The translations under genes and the position numbers were made by a program. A DNA stretch of 64,000 nucleotides from Hemiscyllium ocellatum (taxonomy: Eukaryota): the NCBI RefSeq assembly GCF_020745735.1, contig NC_083440.1:31854468-31918467 (forward strand), given 5' to 3'. Shown piece by piece: positions 36,585 to 50,699 of this stretch. The notes below the pieces were generated by a model. The model did not search any database and was not told where the DNA came from. It worked only from the letters and a program-made list of their open reading frames with translations. Position 1 is the first letter of the stretch. Each line of letters opens with the position of its first letter.

Positions 36585-36861
36585 AGATTAGATTACTTCC
36601 GGTGTGGAAACAGGCCCTTCGGCCCAACAAGTCCACACCGACCCACCGAAGCGCAACCCACCCATACCCTTATATTTGCCCCTTACCTAACACTACGGGC
36701 AATTTAGCATGGCCAATTCACCTGACTCGCACATCTTTGGACTGTGGGAGGAAACCCACGCAGACATGGGGAGAATACAGTCAGTCGCCTGAGGCAGGAA
36801 TTGAACCTGGGTCTCTGGCACTGTGAGGCAGCAGTGCTAACCACTGTGCCACCGTGCCGTC
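36585..36861 (-). mobile_element. V-type SINE (HE1-like), flanked by partial plus-strand SINE pieces (~36482-36560, ~36862-37100)
   Basis: Reverse complement of the 34486 SINE. Confidence 0.88.
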
Positions 36862-38491
36862 CATGTGGAGCTTGCACATTCTCCCTGTTTCTGCATGGGT
36901 TTGTATTCAGTACTCCAGCTCAAAAATGTGCAGGTTTGATGATTGGCCATGGTTCATTTGCCCCAGAGTGACAAGGATTGTGCAAGTTATTTGGATTAGC
37001 TCTGGGAAATGCAGGGATAGGGTGGGGGGGCTGGCCCTGAGGTCAGTGCAGACTTGAGGGGTAACATGGCATCTTGCACACTGTAAGGATTCTATTCTGC
37101 AATTCTATGCCTCACAGCACTCTGAGAAAAGGAGAAAAATCTCTTCATCTCTGTCACCAAAGTTGCCTTATTTCAGATTTTTAAAAAAGTGCCCTCTAGC
37201 TCTAGTCTCAATTTTAGTGTTTCTTGCAAAGAGTCACCCATGAAGGAAATATTGCTGCAGCTGTTCCCAGTTTTACTGAGATCACAGCTGGAGGACTGTA
37301 TGAGGCTTTATTTTATCTCCTTCCCTCAGAAAGAATTTAATTATAAAAGAAGGTGTATGGACACAGCTCACTCAGTTGATTCCTGGGATGACGAGTTCAT
37401 CCCATGTGGAAATGTTGTGCAGTTTGGATGTATAACCTTTGAAGTTCATCAGAAATAGACATGATCATGTTGAGGCATAACTGACCCTGAGAGGACTTGA
37501 CAGGGTGGATGCTGAGAGGAAGGCTCCCCACATGCGGGTGTGTAGAACTGTACAATTTTTGAAAATATGGCCTCTTCCATTCCAGACTGAGATGAGGATG
37601 TATCTGATAATGTGTTGCCCAGAGAGCAGGGAAGGCTGAATTTGATAGATATTTGATCAACTAGACAGTCAGTGCTTATGTGGGTCAGGTTTGAGGGGGT
37701 TGAATGGTCTACTTCTGTTGTTGTGCATTATGTCACAAATAGGAGATGATTTGGTGCAAGGACAATCACTTTAAATGTGAGGGTGCTTCTATTTTAGATT
37801 GAGATGAGGATGCTCCTTTGTCCTGAGGGATGTGCTAACTGTGGCATTCTCATCTGCAGGGAGCAGTGAAAATATTCAAGACTTATTCAGTAGCTCCTTG
37901 ATGGTCAAGGAAGCCCATGTTTATTGGGAACAGAGATGGACAGGGAGTTCAGCCACAGTCAGATCAGCTCTGATCTGTCTGAATGGTGTAGCAGGGACCG
38001 AATGGCCAACTGGTGCTCCTACATCCCATGTAATGTCACACAACACGTCTCTCACTGAATTCCTCAAGGCTGTTACTGAAGCACAGGAATACATCATTCT
38101 GCCCCTCTAAAGAGTTGCATAGGAACTTGCATTCAGCACTTAGAGCTTACTGCACAGTGTACCAAGGAGGTGATGCAACTGTTTTAAACAGCGATAGAGG
38201 AAACAGAAAAGAAAGAATAAAGAACAGTACAGCACAGTAACAGGCCCTTCGGCCCACCAAGACTGTGCTCACACTTGATGACTTTCCAAATGAAAAACCT
38301 TTTATATTTTCATACTACAGCCCCTTGTAATTGAGATTAGTATCCTGGGAAAAAGGCTCAGACTATCCATTTTGTCCCTCGATTCCCTACCTATTCAAGA
38401 AATTGCTATTGTGTCCACGTCCACCATTACGTTTCGGAAGCGCATTCCAGGCACTTATCACCATCTGTGTTAAAAAGCTGTCTCACATGAT

Positions 38492-38797
38492 TTAGATTAG
38501 ATTACTTACAGTGTGGAAACAGGCCCGTCGGCCCAACAAGTCCACATCGACCCGCAACCCATCCATACCCCTACATTTACCCCTGTCCCTAACACTACAG
38601 GCAATTTAGCATGGCCAATTCACCTAACCCACACATCTTTGGACTGTGAGAGGAAACCGGAGCACCCGCAGGAAACCCACGCAGACACGGAGAGAACGTG
38701 CAAATTCTTCACAGTCAGTCGCCTGAGGAGGGAATTGAACCCTGGTCTCTGGCACATGTGAGGCAGCAGTGCTAACCACTGTGCCACCATGCCGCCC
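38492..38797 (-). mobile_element. V-type SINE (HE1-like) inside a CR1 3' fragment
   Basis: Reverse complement of the SINE consensus. CACAT on both sides. Confidence 0.88.
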
Positions 38798-38856
38798 ACA
38801 TCTCCTTTAAACTTTCCCTTCTTACCTTAAAACTACGGCCCCTTGTAATTGAGATT

Positions 38857-39168
38857 AGATTAGATTAGACTTAGATTAGATTAGATTAGACTTACAGTGT
38901 GGAAACAGGCCCTTCGGCCCAACAAGTCCACACCGACCCGCCGAAGCGAAACCCACCCATACCCCTACATTTATCCCTTACCTAACACTACGGGCAATTT
39001 AGCATGGCCAATTCACCTGACCCGCACATCTTTGGACTGTGGGAGGAAACCGGAGCACCCGGAGTAAACGTGCAAACTCCACACAGTCAGTCACCTGAGT
39101 TGGGAATTGAACCCGGGTCTCAGGTGCTGTGAGGCAGCAGTGCTAACCACTGTGCCACCGTGCCGCCC
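38857..39168 (-). mobile_element. Young V-type SINE (HE1-like) with long (TCTAA)n tail
   Basis: Reverse complement of the SINE consensus, with tail attagattag at 38857-38890. Confidence 0.9.
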
Positions 39169-40713
39169 ACTAGTATCCTGGGAAAAAGGCTCAGACTATC
39201 CATTTTGTCCATGCCTCTTATAATTTTTTCAACTTCTTTCAAGTCGCCCCTCATCCATCAACGTTCAAGTGAAAACACTATAATTTTGTCCAATCTCTCC
39301 TCATTGCTAATACCTTCCAAACCAGGCAGCATCTTGGGAAACCAATGCCTCCGCATCTTTCTGGTAGTGTGGTGATCAGAAATATACACAAAATTCCACA
39401 TGTGGCTTAACTGAAGTTCTAGAAATGACTTACCAATTTCTATCCTCCACACCCTGGCCAAAGAATGCAAGCATGCCATTTGCCTTCTTGATGATCTTAA
39501 CCATTTACATTGCTACTTTCAGGGAACTGTCGAACTGTAGCCTGGATCTCTCTGTTTGTAGATGCAACTAAGACTGAGCTGTGTAGCATTATCAGGAGCA
39601 TGGACAGGATTGGTAGAACTAGATTGTTCACACTAATTGAAGGACCAAAAACAAGGCATACATTTCTAAAGTGAAAAGTAGGAGGCTTAGAAGGTTTCTG
39701 AGAGAGAAAACAAAATCACCTCGAAGGTGGTAGGATTCTGGGATGCAATGACTGGGATGGTAGTTGAGAGTTGGGACCTCACAACCTGCAAAAAGTAAAC
39801 ATCTGAAGCATCATAAAATTGAAGGATACGTGCCTCATGTTGGAAAGTGAGACTTGTGTAGGTATTTGAGTATTTGTGGCAGGATAGACTCGATAAGCCT
39901 CTTTGTATTGTTGATTCCATGATTCTAAGCCCTGAATTGAATGGTATGTTTGGTGATTCTATGGACAATGAAGAGGCAGAGAACTTGTGAGTGTCTGGAA
40001 TCATAAGATCAGATTCAGAAAGGATGGGAGATATCCTTCCATAAAAGGGCATGAATGAACCAGCATTTCTGCAACAATAAGTTGTTGCTATTACTGAGTG
40101 TAGATTCGAATTAATTGAATTCAAAAGTCACCAGCTGTTCTGGAGGGGATTTGAACCCACAGTAATAGCCTGGAGCTCTGATGGCAAATGCAGTGATATT
40201 ATCTAAATCCCACTGGCTCCAAAAGTCAGCACCTCTGAGAGGGACACTTTATGTTTCTGGTCAAATTATTTGTGGCTGGAAGAGAATAGGAACAGTTGAA
40301 TCTGGATGTAACAAAAGGGCAGATGATGGTTTATTCAGCAGCTAGACTGGCACAAAAGGAGACACTTGAGATATTGTGGAGTTGGTAGTGAACAGGATTG
40401 GTGCTGGTGAGAATATGGAAATAGATATCAGCTTTGAGCAAATGTGCTTGTTGGTGTTGTGAACAGTTTGATTCCGCTTCAGACATTGGCATTAAAATTG
40501 TTTGCTGAAAAATGTGTTTCTGGAAAAGTGCAGCAGGTCAGGCTGCGGAGCAGGAGAATCGATGTTTCGAGCATAAGCCCTTGTTTGGTAAGGAATACAG
40601 TTTGTGGACAGAAAGCATGGCAATGGCTTCCCTTTTTTCAGAATTTAATTAATGAGGACAATAATTTAGTTCAACAAGGTTTATTGAATTCATAGTCAGA
40701 TAGAAAGACTTAC

Positions 40714-40889
40714 CAGGAATAATAGTTAGTATATGATAGAAACCAGCTTGAATCAGCCAAAGTACACTCAAGATCCACCCAATCTTGAGAAAGATTGTAA
40801 AGACGCAAATATAAACTCCTGGTCATGATTGGAACTTTCCAGTCTATTGTTCTCATATTCTGGTCCATTATTGGAACATTCCAGTGCAT
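40714..40889 (-). pseudogene. GPR139-like GPCR pseudogene, exon 1
   Basis: MHWNVPIMDQNMRTIDWKVPIMTRSLYLRLYNLSQDW, then after one frameshift WILSVLWLIQAGFYHILTIIP-G|GTAAG. The phase-1 end matches exon 2's TT AAT start across a 4.3-kb intron. Confidence 0.72.
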
Positions 40890-42069
40890 TGTTCTCAGAC
40901 TCTGATCTCCTCCCTCCCTCCCTCACTCTTGAGCTGTTGATCCTGGTTAGTGTCGAAAGTAAAGTTCCTACTGATACTATCTGAGAACATTGTCAGAGCC
41001 CATTATTAATAGGAAGTAAACCTTTTAGTGAAACAATTTGATGCATGGAGACTGACATTAACTACAATCACAGAACGAACAGGATCAGTTAACCCCATTC
41101 AATCCCATTTGTATTATGCCATGTTAAATCACAGCATTTGTTCAATCTAGATAGGATGTCTGAGTGTTTCTAAGGGATGGACACAGCAGCAAAGTGTTGT
41201 GGAATAGAATAGACATGGAAGGGTGGTCAGAGGACTGAAGAGTTTTTAATTCCCATCTCTTTTCATAAAAGAGGAGACAAACCCTGTAATAAAGAACAGC
41301 CAATATAATATAATCGAAATATTAGGGATACTTCCATCGTCTACATTTGGGAAGAATAATGTTTCTCAAAAACATTGGATTTACAAGAAGCAACTAGAAT
41401 AGAAATGCAAATGGAAAACATGTGTCTGGACAAGAAAGTCCAATTTATTAAGCTAGTATCAGAGCAGGTCAATGAACATGGTGTTGTATATTTTCTCAAC
41501 AAGACCAAAATACAATCAAGGGTCATTTAATAGTATCTGAAAGCTGAGTTGGAAGAAGGGGAGAGTAAATATCCCACAACAATGGCTGACAAAGATAATT
41601 CCACGTGATATCCGATTTAAAGAAAAAGCGTGTTAAAATTATTACCTCACTCACTAAACTGCTCCCCTTCCCCAAACGTCTATACTCTTTAAGATGGTCC
41701 TCCAAATCTACTTGTTTAACATTCTTAACCTGACAATTCCTTCCAAATCTGAGTATCAACTATGTTTTATTTGCTATCATAAGATTGTTGGTGTGTATCT
41801 TGCTGTTTAGAGCCACTGCGATCCTATGACACTGAGAGATTTTGGTGTTGTGGATGAGATTAGTTACTCCAGACAATAGTGCTGTGTCAGGATAATTTGT
41901 TTCAGCAGCATGATGTCAAATGGTCAGGGTGTCTGCGACTTAATCTTAATGTTTATGTTAGTGTAATAATGAGGTATAAATACAGAGCTAGCTAAAGTGA
42001 ATTCACAGATGTATTAGCGTACACTTAGAGATTATTTCGGAAGACAGAACATAGATAAGACGCATAGAA

Positions 42070-42860
42070 AGTCAATGAGTTATACAGCGTGAAACAGACC
42101 CTTCAGTCCAACTCCTCCATGCTAACAGGGATCCGAAACTGATATAGTCCCATTTGCTGGTATTAGGCTAATTTTTCACTAAGCTCTTCCTATTCATGTA
42201 CTGATCCAGATGCCTGTTAAATGTTGTAACTATACCAGTCTCTCCCGCCTCCCCTGCCAATTCATTCCATACATGCACCACCATCTGCATGAAATAAGGT
42301 TGCCCTTCAGGTTCTTTTCAACTTTTCCTCTCTCAACTTAAACCTATTTCATCTATTTTTGGACTTCTCTCCCCTGGAAAAATGATCTTGGCTATTCACC
42401 CTATACATATCCCTCATGATTTTATAAACCTCTATAAAGTCATCCTTCAGACTCCAATGCTCTGGGGAAGAATCCTCAGATTATTCAGTCTCTCCTTATA
42501 ACTCAAACCCTTCAATCTTAGAAACATGTTTGTAAATACTTTCTGAACCTTTTCAAGTTTGACAATATTGTTCCTATTGCAGGAAGACCAGGATTAAACA
42601 TAGTATTACAAAAGTGGCCAAAGCAATGTCCTGTACAGCTGCAATATGATGTCCTAACTTCTATATTCAATGCACTGACCAATGAAGGCAAACATGCCAA
42701 AAGTCTTCTTCACCAGCCTGTCTACCCGCATCTCCACATACAAGGAGCTATGCACCGTACCCCTCGGACAATTTGTTTGGCAATGCTTCCAATGCCTTAC
42801 CATTAAGTGTATAAGACCTACCCTGGTTTGCCTTACCAATGTGCAAGAAATATTTCAAGA
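42070..42860 (-). mobile_element. Degraded CR1 LINE 3' fragment
   Basis: RVDRLVKKTFGMFAFIGQCIEYRS and CR1 3' UTR. Confidence 0.8.
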
Positions 42861-43264
42861 GATAGACTCACCATTCACGGGTTAATTTGAAACATAAAGA
42901 AAAGAAAATGTAATTGTGAATAGATAGACGTCAGGTCAGAGATTGAACACCATATCAAAAAATGAAAGAAGTACAATAAAAAATTAGAGTATGATAGAAA
43001 GTTCCACCAAACAGTAAAAGTTGTCAGTATAGTCATAAATAAATAATGAAAAAAGACAAGTATTGGACTGAAGGATTAACAAATGCTCAAAGAAAAGAAG
43101 GAAGTAGGTGTAGCTCTTGTAACAAAAGAGTGGATTGCCATTAGCCCTAAACACATTGAATAGTAGAGCTGGCTCAAGGGGTTCAATGGCTTATTCCTGC
43201 TTTTATCATCTCTGTTTCTATGTAACAGCTATCTTACATCTTTACTGTCGATGAGAGGTGAGTG

Positions 43265-43745
43265 AGGATCCCAGTGTTTATGTGTATGTGTGAGGGACAG
43301 AGCAAGGGAGAGATAGAGAGATAGACAGTGAGAGAGAAACAGGCACAGAGAGAGAGAGCGAGAAAGGCTGTGAGTCTATGGGTGTAAGTGTGTGTGAGGG
43401 TGCAAGTGGCTGTTTGTGTGTTTCTCTCTGCAAGTAATAGAGAGAGAGGTCCACCTGACAGTGTGATTGAAGAGTGAGCTTGTGAGAGTATATGAGCGTG
43501 AAAGTATTTGTATAAGTAAGGTGAGAGTGAGGGTTTTGAAGATGTTTGAGTTTCTCAACAGAGTGTGAGCATATGTGTAATCCTTGGAGACCAGTAAGTG
43601 ATTGGGAGTGAGCATGTGAATGTGAGAGTATGAGGGTCTCTCTTATTGTCACACTGAAATGCACACAGAATCAAAAACACAGTTCTGATTAACACACACA
43701 TATGCACATACACATGGGTATACACACATACACATACACAAGGCA
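43265..43745. repeat. Degenerate (GA)n/(GT)n/(CA)n low-complexity tract
   Basis: Runs of gagagagag and gtgtgtga, followed by cacacacatat. Confidence 0.8.
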
Positions 43746-44869
43746 TGCTGGCTTTCATAGAGAAAGGATTTGAATATAGGAGGAGGGTAGTCTTGCTACA
43801 GTAACACAGGGCCTTGGTGAGGCCACACATTAAGTATTGTATGTAGCTTTGTTCTCCTAATCTGAGGAAGGACTGTCTTGTTATTGAAAGAGTCCAGTGA
43901 AGGTTCACCAGACTGATTGTTGGAATGGTAGAACTGACAGATAAAAAATGATTGGATTGACGAGGCTTGTACTCACTGGAATGTTGAAGAATGAGGAGGG
44001 ACCTCATTTAAAAAAAACATAAAATCCTGATGGGACTGAATCGGCTAGGGCAGGAAGTATTTTCCCGATGTTGGGAAGTCCAGAACCATGGGTCACAGTC
44101 TACGATACTAACCCTTGGTCAATCGATGTGACAGAGGATAAAGGTCGACTGAGCCAGGTTTAAATACGCACAGGTCTGTCACCCAAAGTCTATCTCCTCT
44201 AAATCCCAGTTGATCCATGATTTGGAGATGCTGGTGTTGGACTGGGGTGTACAAAGTTAAAAATCACACAACACCAGGTTATAGTCCAACAGGTTTTATT
44301 GGAAGCACTAGCTCTCGGAGTGCTGCTCCTTCATCAGGTAGTTGTGGAGTACAGTTGATCCAGTCAGCTCCCATCTCTCTCTATCTGGAACACATTTTCC
44401 CCAGCCATGGAACGTACCAACAATCATCCTTGTGGATTAGAGAAGGGTGTTGGAGAAAACAACAAGTCAATGATTTAACCCAGGTCAGTCCCTGTCCCTC
44501 GCCCACCCCCACAGGTCTCTTGATGTGGAATACACACAGACACAAAGCTGCAGTTTCACATCTAGAACAACCAGAGCACATGGTTACAACATAAATTGGA
44601 ATTTTGCACAAGTCAGTGCAAGTTTGTTCCACAAATGATCACTGTCTGTGTGGAGTTTGCACATTCTCCCCATGCCCACGTGGATTTCCTCACACAGTCC
44701 AAAGATATGCAGGTCAGGTGAATTAGCCATATTAAATTGCCCATAATGATAGGTATATTCGTCAGAGGGAAATTGGTCTGCGTAGGTAACTCTTTGGAGT
44801 CACCTCTCTTCCTTCTTCTCTCGAATGTGTAAAGCCGTAACTCACTCAAACTCTCTTCATGAGACAAGT

Positions 44870-47800
44870 CCTCCAATCCAGACAATGTCCTTTATCTACA
44901 GCAGCACCGGCCTTTGTGTCATTGAAAAACTTACCAACCCACCCTTCCACTTCTTCATCCAAGTCATTTATATAAACACAAAGAGCAGAGGCCCAAAAAC
45001 ATATCCCTGTGGGATACCAATGGTCACCGACCTCCAGGTGGAATACTTTTCTATCCACTACCACTCACTGTCTTCTTTCCGCTGGCCAATTCTGTATTCA
45101 GGCAGCCAAATTTCCCTGTACCCACTAACGTTCTGAATGAGCTTACCATGGGGAACCTTATCAAATGCCTTTTTGAAATCCATATATACCACATCCACTG
45201 CTCGATTGGTTTTGCGTGTGGGAAATCATGTCTCACGAGCTTGATTGAGTTTTTTGATGAAGTAACAAAGAGGATTGATGAGGGCAGAGAGCTGGACATG
45301 ATCTCCATGGACTTCAGTAAGATGCTCGACAAGGTTCCTCATGGAACACTGGTTAGCAAGGTTAGGTTGCATAGAATACAGGGAGAACTAGCCATTTGGA
45401 TACAACATGGTTCAAAGGCAGAAGACAGAGGGTGGTGGTAGGAAGGTTGCTTTTCAGACTGGAGGCCTGTAACCTGTGGTGTGACACAAGAATCTGTGCC
45501 GGGTCTACTAGTTTTCATCATTTATATAAATGATTTGAATGGGAACATATGAAGTTTACTGAGTAAGTTTGCAGATGACACCAACATTTGAGGTGTAGTG
45601 GATATCGAAGAAGGTTATTTCAGATTACAATGGCACCTTGACCAGATGGGCCAATGGGCTGGGAATGGCAGATGAAGCTTAATTTAGATAAATGTGGGGT
45701 GCTGAATTTTGGAAAAGCAAATCAGAACAGGACTTGTACACTTAATAATAAGGCCTGAGGGAGTGTTGCTGAAAAAGAGACCTTGGAGTGCAACTTCATA
45801 GTTGTTTCAAATTAGAGTCGCAGGTAAATAGGATAGTGAAGAAGGTGTTTGGTATGCTTTCCTTATTGATCAGACCATTGACTACAGGAGTTGGGAGGTG
45901 ATGTACAGGATATTGGTAAGATCATTTTTTGGAATATTGCATGCAGTTCTGGTCTTCCTATCAGAAGGATGTTGTGAAACTTGAAATAGTTCAAAAACAA
46001 TTTACAACGATATTGCTAGCGTTGGAGGATTTGAGCTATAGGGAGAGGCTGAATAGGCTGGGGCTGTTTTCCCTGGAGTATTGGTAGCTGAGGGATGACT
46101 TTATAAACGTTTATAAAATCATGAGGGGCATGGATAGGATAAATTCCCTGGCATGGGGGAATCCAGAAGTAGAGGGCACAGGTTTAGAGTGAGAGGGGAA
46201 AAATATAAAAGGGACCAAAGGGGCAATGTTTTCATGCAGAAATGCATGTATGGAATGAGGTGCTAGGGGAAGTGATGGAGGCTGGTATGATTACAGCATT
46301 TAAGAGGCATCTGGATGGGTATATGAATTGGAAGGATTTAGCAGGGTATGGGCCAAGTGCTGGAAAATGGAACTAGGTTAGGTTAGGATATTTAGTCAGC
46401 ATGAGTTGGACCAAAGGGTGTTTCCATGCTTACATCTCTATGACCCTCATCAAATTGTCTCATCACTTCCTCAAAGAATTCAATAAGGCTTGTGAGACAT
46501 GACCTGTCCCTCACAAAGCCACGCTGACTATATTTAATCAAACTATGTTTTTCCAAATAGTCATAAATCATTTCTCTCAGAATCCTTTCCAGTACCTTGC
46601 TTACTACAGTCATAAAACTGACTGACCTGTAATTCCCATATATTTCCCTATTCCCTTTCTTGAAAAGAGGATCAACATTCACCTCCCTCCAATCAACCGG
46701 TACTACTCCCATGAAGAATATGGGTGCAAAGATCATCACCAGACATGCAGCAATCTCGTTCCTCACCTCCTGTTGTAACCTTGGATATGTCTGGTTCAGC
46801 CCTGAACTATCTTGTCGCTTCCCCGAGGTTTCATCAATTCACTTTCTTAATGTCAATCTGTTTAACCCTATTAACCTGAATCATGGTGTTCTCAGTATCA
46901 ACAAGGTCTCTCTCTCTCTCATGAATACTGAAGTAAAAAACTCATTTAGGACCTCCCCTACCTCTTCAGAATCCAGGCACAATTTCCCTTCACTATCCCT
47001 GATTAGCCCTATCCTCTCTCTCATCATTCGTTTATTCCTCATTTAAGTGTAGAACGCCTTTAAGTATTCCCTAATCCTTCCTGTCAAGGCTTTTTCATGC
47101 CCCCCACCCTAGCTCTCCTCAATCCATTGTTGAGTTCTTTCCTCGCTACCCCGTAATCCTCTAAAGCTTTGCCAGATCCTTGCTTCCTCAACCTTAAGTA
47201 AGCTTCTTCTTCTTCATGATGAGAAGCTCCTCTTCTCCTGTCATCCAATGCTCCTTCACCTTCCCGTTCCTCGCCTGTCTCAGTGGGACAAAGCTATCCA
47301 ACATTTCTGTTGTGCATTTCCTGTAGATCAAGTGCTTCATTACATTAGGTTAGATTAGATTCTGTACAGTGTGGAAACAGGCCCTTCGGCCCAACACGTC
47401 CAATGACCCTCCGAAGAATAACCCATTTCTCTCTGACTAATGCACCCAACACTATGGGCAATTTAGCATAGCCAATTCACCTGACCTGTACACCTTTGGA
47501 CTGTGGGAAGAAACTGGAGCACCCGGAGGAAACCCAAGCAGACATGGGGACAATGTGCAAACTCTACACAGAAAGTTGCCCGAGGCTGGAATCGAACATA
47601 GGACTCTGGTGCTGTGAGGCAGCAATGCTAACCCCTGAGCAACTGTGCCGCCCAATTGTTCCCAATGTATACTCCATGATTACTGCCTAATTGCAGTATA
47701 ATTTCTCCTCCACCAATTAAATGCCTTCCCATTCTATCTATTTCGATCCCTCTCCATGGCTGTGGTAAAGGTGAGGCAGTTGTGGTCACTGTCACCGAAA

Positions 47801-48410
47801 TGCTCTCCCATCAAGAGATCTAACACCTGGCTTGGCTCGTTTCCCACTACCAAACCCAATATGGTCTCGTGCTAGTTGGCCTAGGGGAATCCTTCCGGGA
47901 CACTCCTCACAAAATTGGCTCCATCCAGACCATCTACAGTAGGGAGGTTCCAAACAATATTGGGGAAATTGAAGCCATCCATAACTACAACTGGAGGGCC
48001 AGGAGGGGGCACCTGATACTGACTTCTTTCCTGTTACTGACTTCCACCCATACTGCCTCAGTAGACAAACGCTCCTCAACAACCTTCTTTTCTGTGATAC
48101 ACTATCTAATTTACAACGCAATTCCCCCTCATCTTGTCCTCCCCCTTGTTCCTTTTAAATGATCTGATCCCTGGAACAGCCAGCAACCATTCCTACCCCT
48201 GTGAAATCTATGTCTCCATTATGGCCACATAAGTTCATCACTTTTATTCCTGATACTCCTTGCATTGAAATAATACAATTTAACCCATCCGATTGCTCTT
48301 TCAACTGTGTATCCTTCCTGAGAGACTCTCTGCATTCTATTTCTATCTGTTCAACAACTACCCTCTCCTCTGATCTGTAGCTCTGTTCCCATCCCACTGC
48401 CAAACTAGTT
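44870..48410. mobile_element. Cluster of degraded CR1 LINE pieces (minus ~44870-45205, plus ~45206-46440, minus ~46450-48410) with a minus-strand SINE at ~47348-47657
   Basis: KSCLTSLIEFFDEVTK, DWREVNVDPLFKKG...DRSCLTSLIEFFEEV, SINE reverse complement. Confidence 0.8.
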
Positions 48411-50699
48411 TAAATCCTCCTGAAATACTCCAGCAAATCTCCCATAGTAATTGACAGTAACAAGCCATCCAAATGAGTTTCCTCCCAAAGTCCAAAGATG
48501 TGCAGATTAGGGTGGATTGGCCATGCTAAATTGCCCATATTGCCCAGGGATATGCAGGCTGGTGAGTTCGCCTTGAGAAATTCTGTGTTACAGATTGGGG
48601 TCAGCGGCGGGGGCTTTGGTCTGGATGGGAATCTCTTTGGAGGGTCATTGTGGACTCGAAGCGCCAAATGCCCTGCTCTGTTGGACTTCTATGATTCATT
48701 TATATAATATCACTCATCAGATGTACGATGGTAGGTTTGACCAATGTACACAATGGCTTTCACACAAGCAGCTGACTATCTGGTATCAAGCATAACCAGT
48801 TTTTACAATTAGGTTTATAGTCCATTCACATACGTTTCGTTCTGTTCAAAAGGGGAGGATTTCGAGGGGAAGTGGAGAATGTAGCAGCCTACTGGCTGAT
48901 AAAACGTACATCGATGGCAAACTTACCCAAAGAGGAAGGGATTCTGCGTATATTGGTCAAGTAAAACTTCCAAGTCACAAAACCCACTCTCCAGACATTG
49001 TGCAAACACAGCAGCCAAGTGGTAATGCCATCAGCATAATGTAAAAGGTAACAGTTATCCTGGAGATGTTGATATCTTCCCCAACAACACATCAACCAAC
49101 AGAGGAGGGCCCAGACAGGAAGGCACCCCTGTCCTGCTACACAAAGAAACTAACAGTACCAAGCCATCCAAATGACTGGCAATGCTTCAAACTATTGACT
49201 GACTCTCCTGATTGGCCAGAACGATAGAACATTTTGGAAAAGTATCCAAAACCAGGGTTCACCTGCAGACTCATTTCTTGAATATTCTGAAGGCCTTTTG
49301 AGGAGACCAGCATGGCAACAGAGAGAGAGCGAGACTGCGTAAATCTACAAGAAATTCAGGAAGTATTGAAAGCTTAAGGGGCCAAATAAGATTAGAGACA
49401 GTATGTCTATAATTAAAGCGTATTGTGACATGTTTGCTAAGGAAAGGACTGTTTATATTGGTATCGACTTGAGTTCAGACTGATTTGGCGATTTTCAGTA
49501 TTGTGAGGTACCTGGTTACATTCATTCAGAACATTCTGGTTGGAGCTGTGAACTTGTTTTAAGGAGGAACTAGACAACATCTTCATCTCTGAAATTATCT
49601 CATCAACTTCCTCTGAACTGCCCCCGAAGTGATTATCTCCCTTCTCAAGTAAGGGATTGCAATACTCCAGCTGAGGTTGCACAATGCCTTCTACACTTCT
49701 CAAATTTTATATTTTTTTCATAATACATGTCAAAATTCAATTTGCCTTCCTTGTCAGCCATTGTAGATGCAATGCTAAAGTAAGGTCAGTGATGTATCTG
49801 GATGAACAATGACAATAGTAGTGACGTCAGTTGATGGAAATCCATCTTGTTCATGAAGTCCCCTTCCCTCAGGAAAGGCAGTATGTTCTCCTCACTTGGT
49901 CCTTCATGTGACTCCGGATCCTGAGCAAATAGAGGTGGGGAGAAATGCTGACCTCAGCAGCAATGCACACATTCAGTGTGTAAGAAGCATCACATTTCAA
50001 TCAGTGCGTCAAATGCTCTTGTTTAAAGAGGGCAGCTCCCACCCTAGAGAACAGAAAGACAGCTCTGAGACATATTTTCACACATGAAATAAACTGTCTT
50101 GATGCAGCATTGGTTGAAATCATTTGTGAATTCGGGATGGGGCTCAGGGGTGGACAGCATCATCGCTGGCAAATTTCAGGTTCTGTTTATTGTTATTTCA
50201 TTATGATATACTGAACAGCAAAGCTAATTCATAATTGAGATTAAACTTGCTATCAGTTGTTATAAATTAGTTTGTTCATTTACAGGAGATGAAAACAGCA
50301 ACAAAGTTAAACAATGCTGTAATCTCAATCTCCCTAAGGAGCTTCCACACAATATAAGGAAAGGTTTCTGGGAATGCTTCAGCTCAGAGTTTCAAACAAG
50401 GAGCTTGCCAGCTGCCTGAAGGGACAGATCACTTCACATGGAAGAATGCATCGTCCAAATCAGCTACACCATCCTTGACATCCCTGGTGTGGCATAATGA
50501 CATTTGAACTTAGTTTAATCTGCTGCTGATCTGCTCTCTCGTTTTACCTTTTGAACAATAATGTCTCCAGCTCACTGACTGGCCAGCCTTATCCAGACAT
50601 CAGAACAGTGATACCAATCCATTGAGCAGCATTCTTGGTGCAATTCTCCACGACAGAGATTCCCAACATCTTAACTGGATGTGTGTTTCAGGAGACAGT

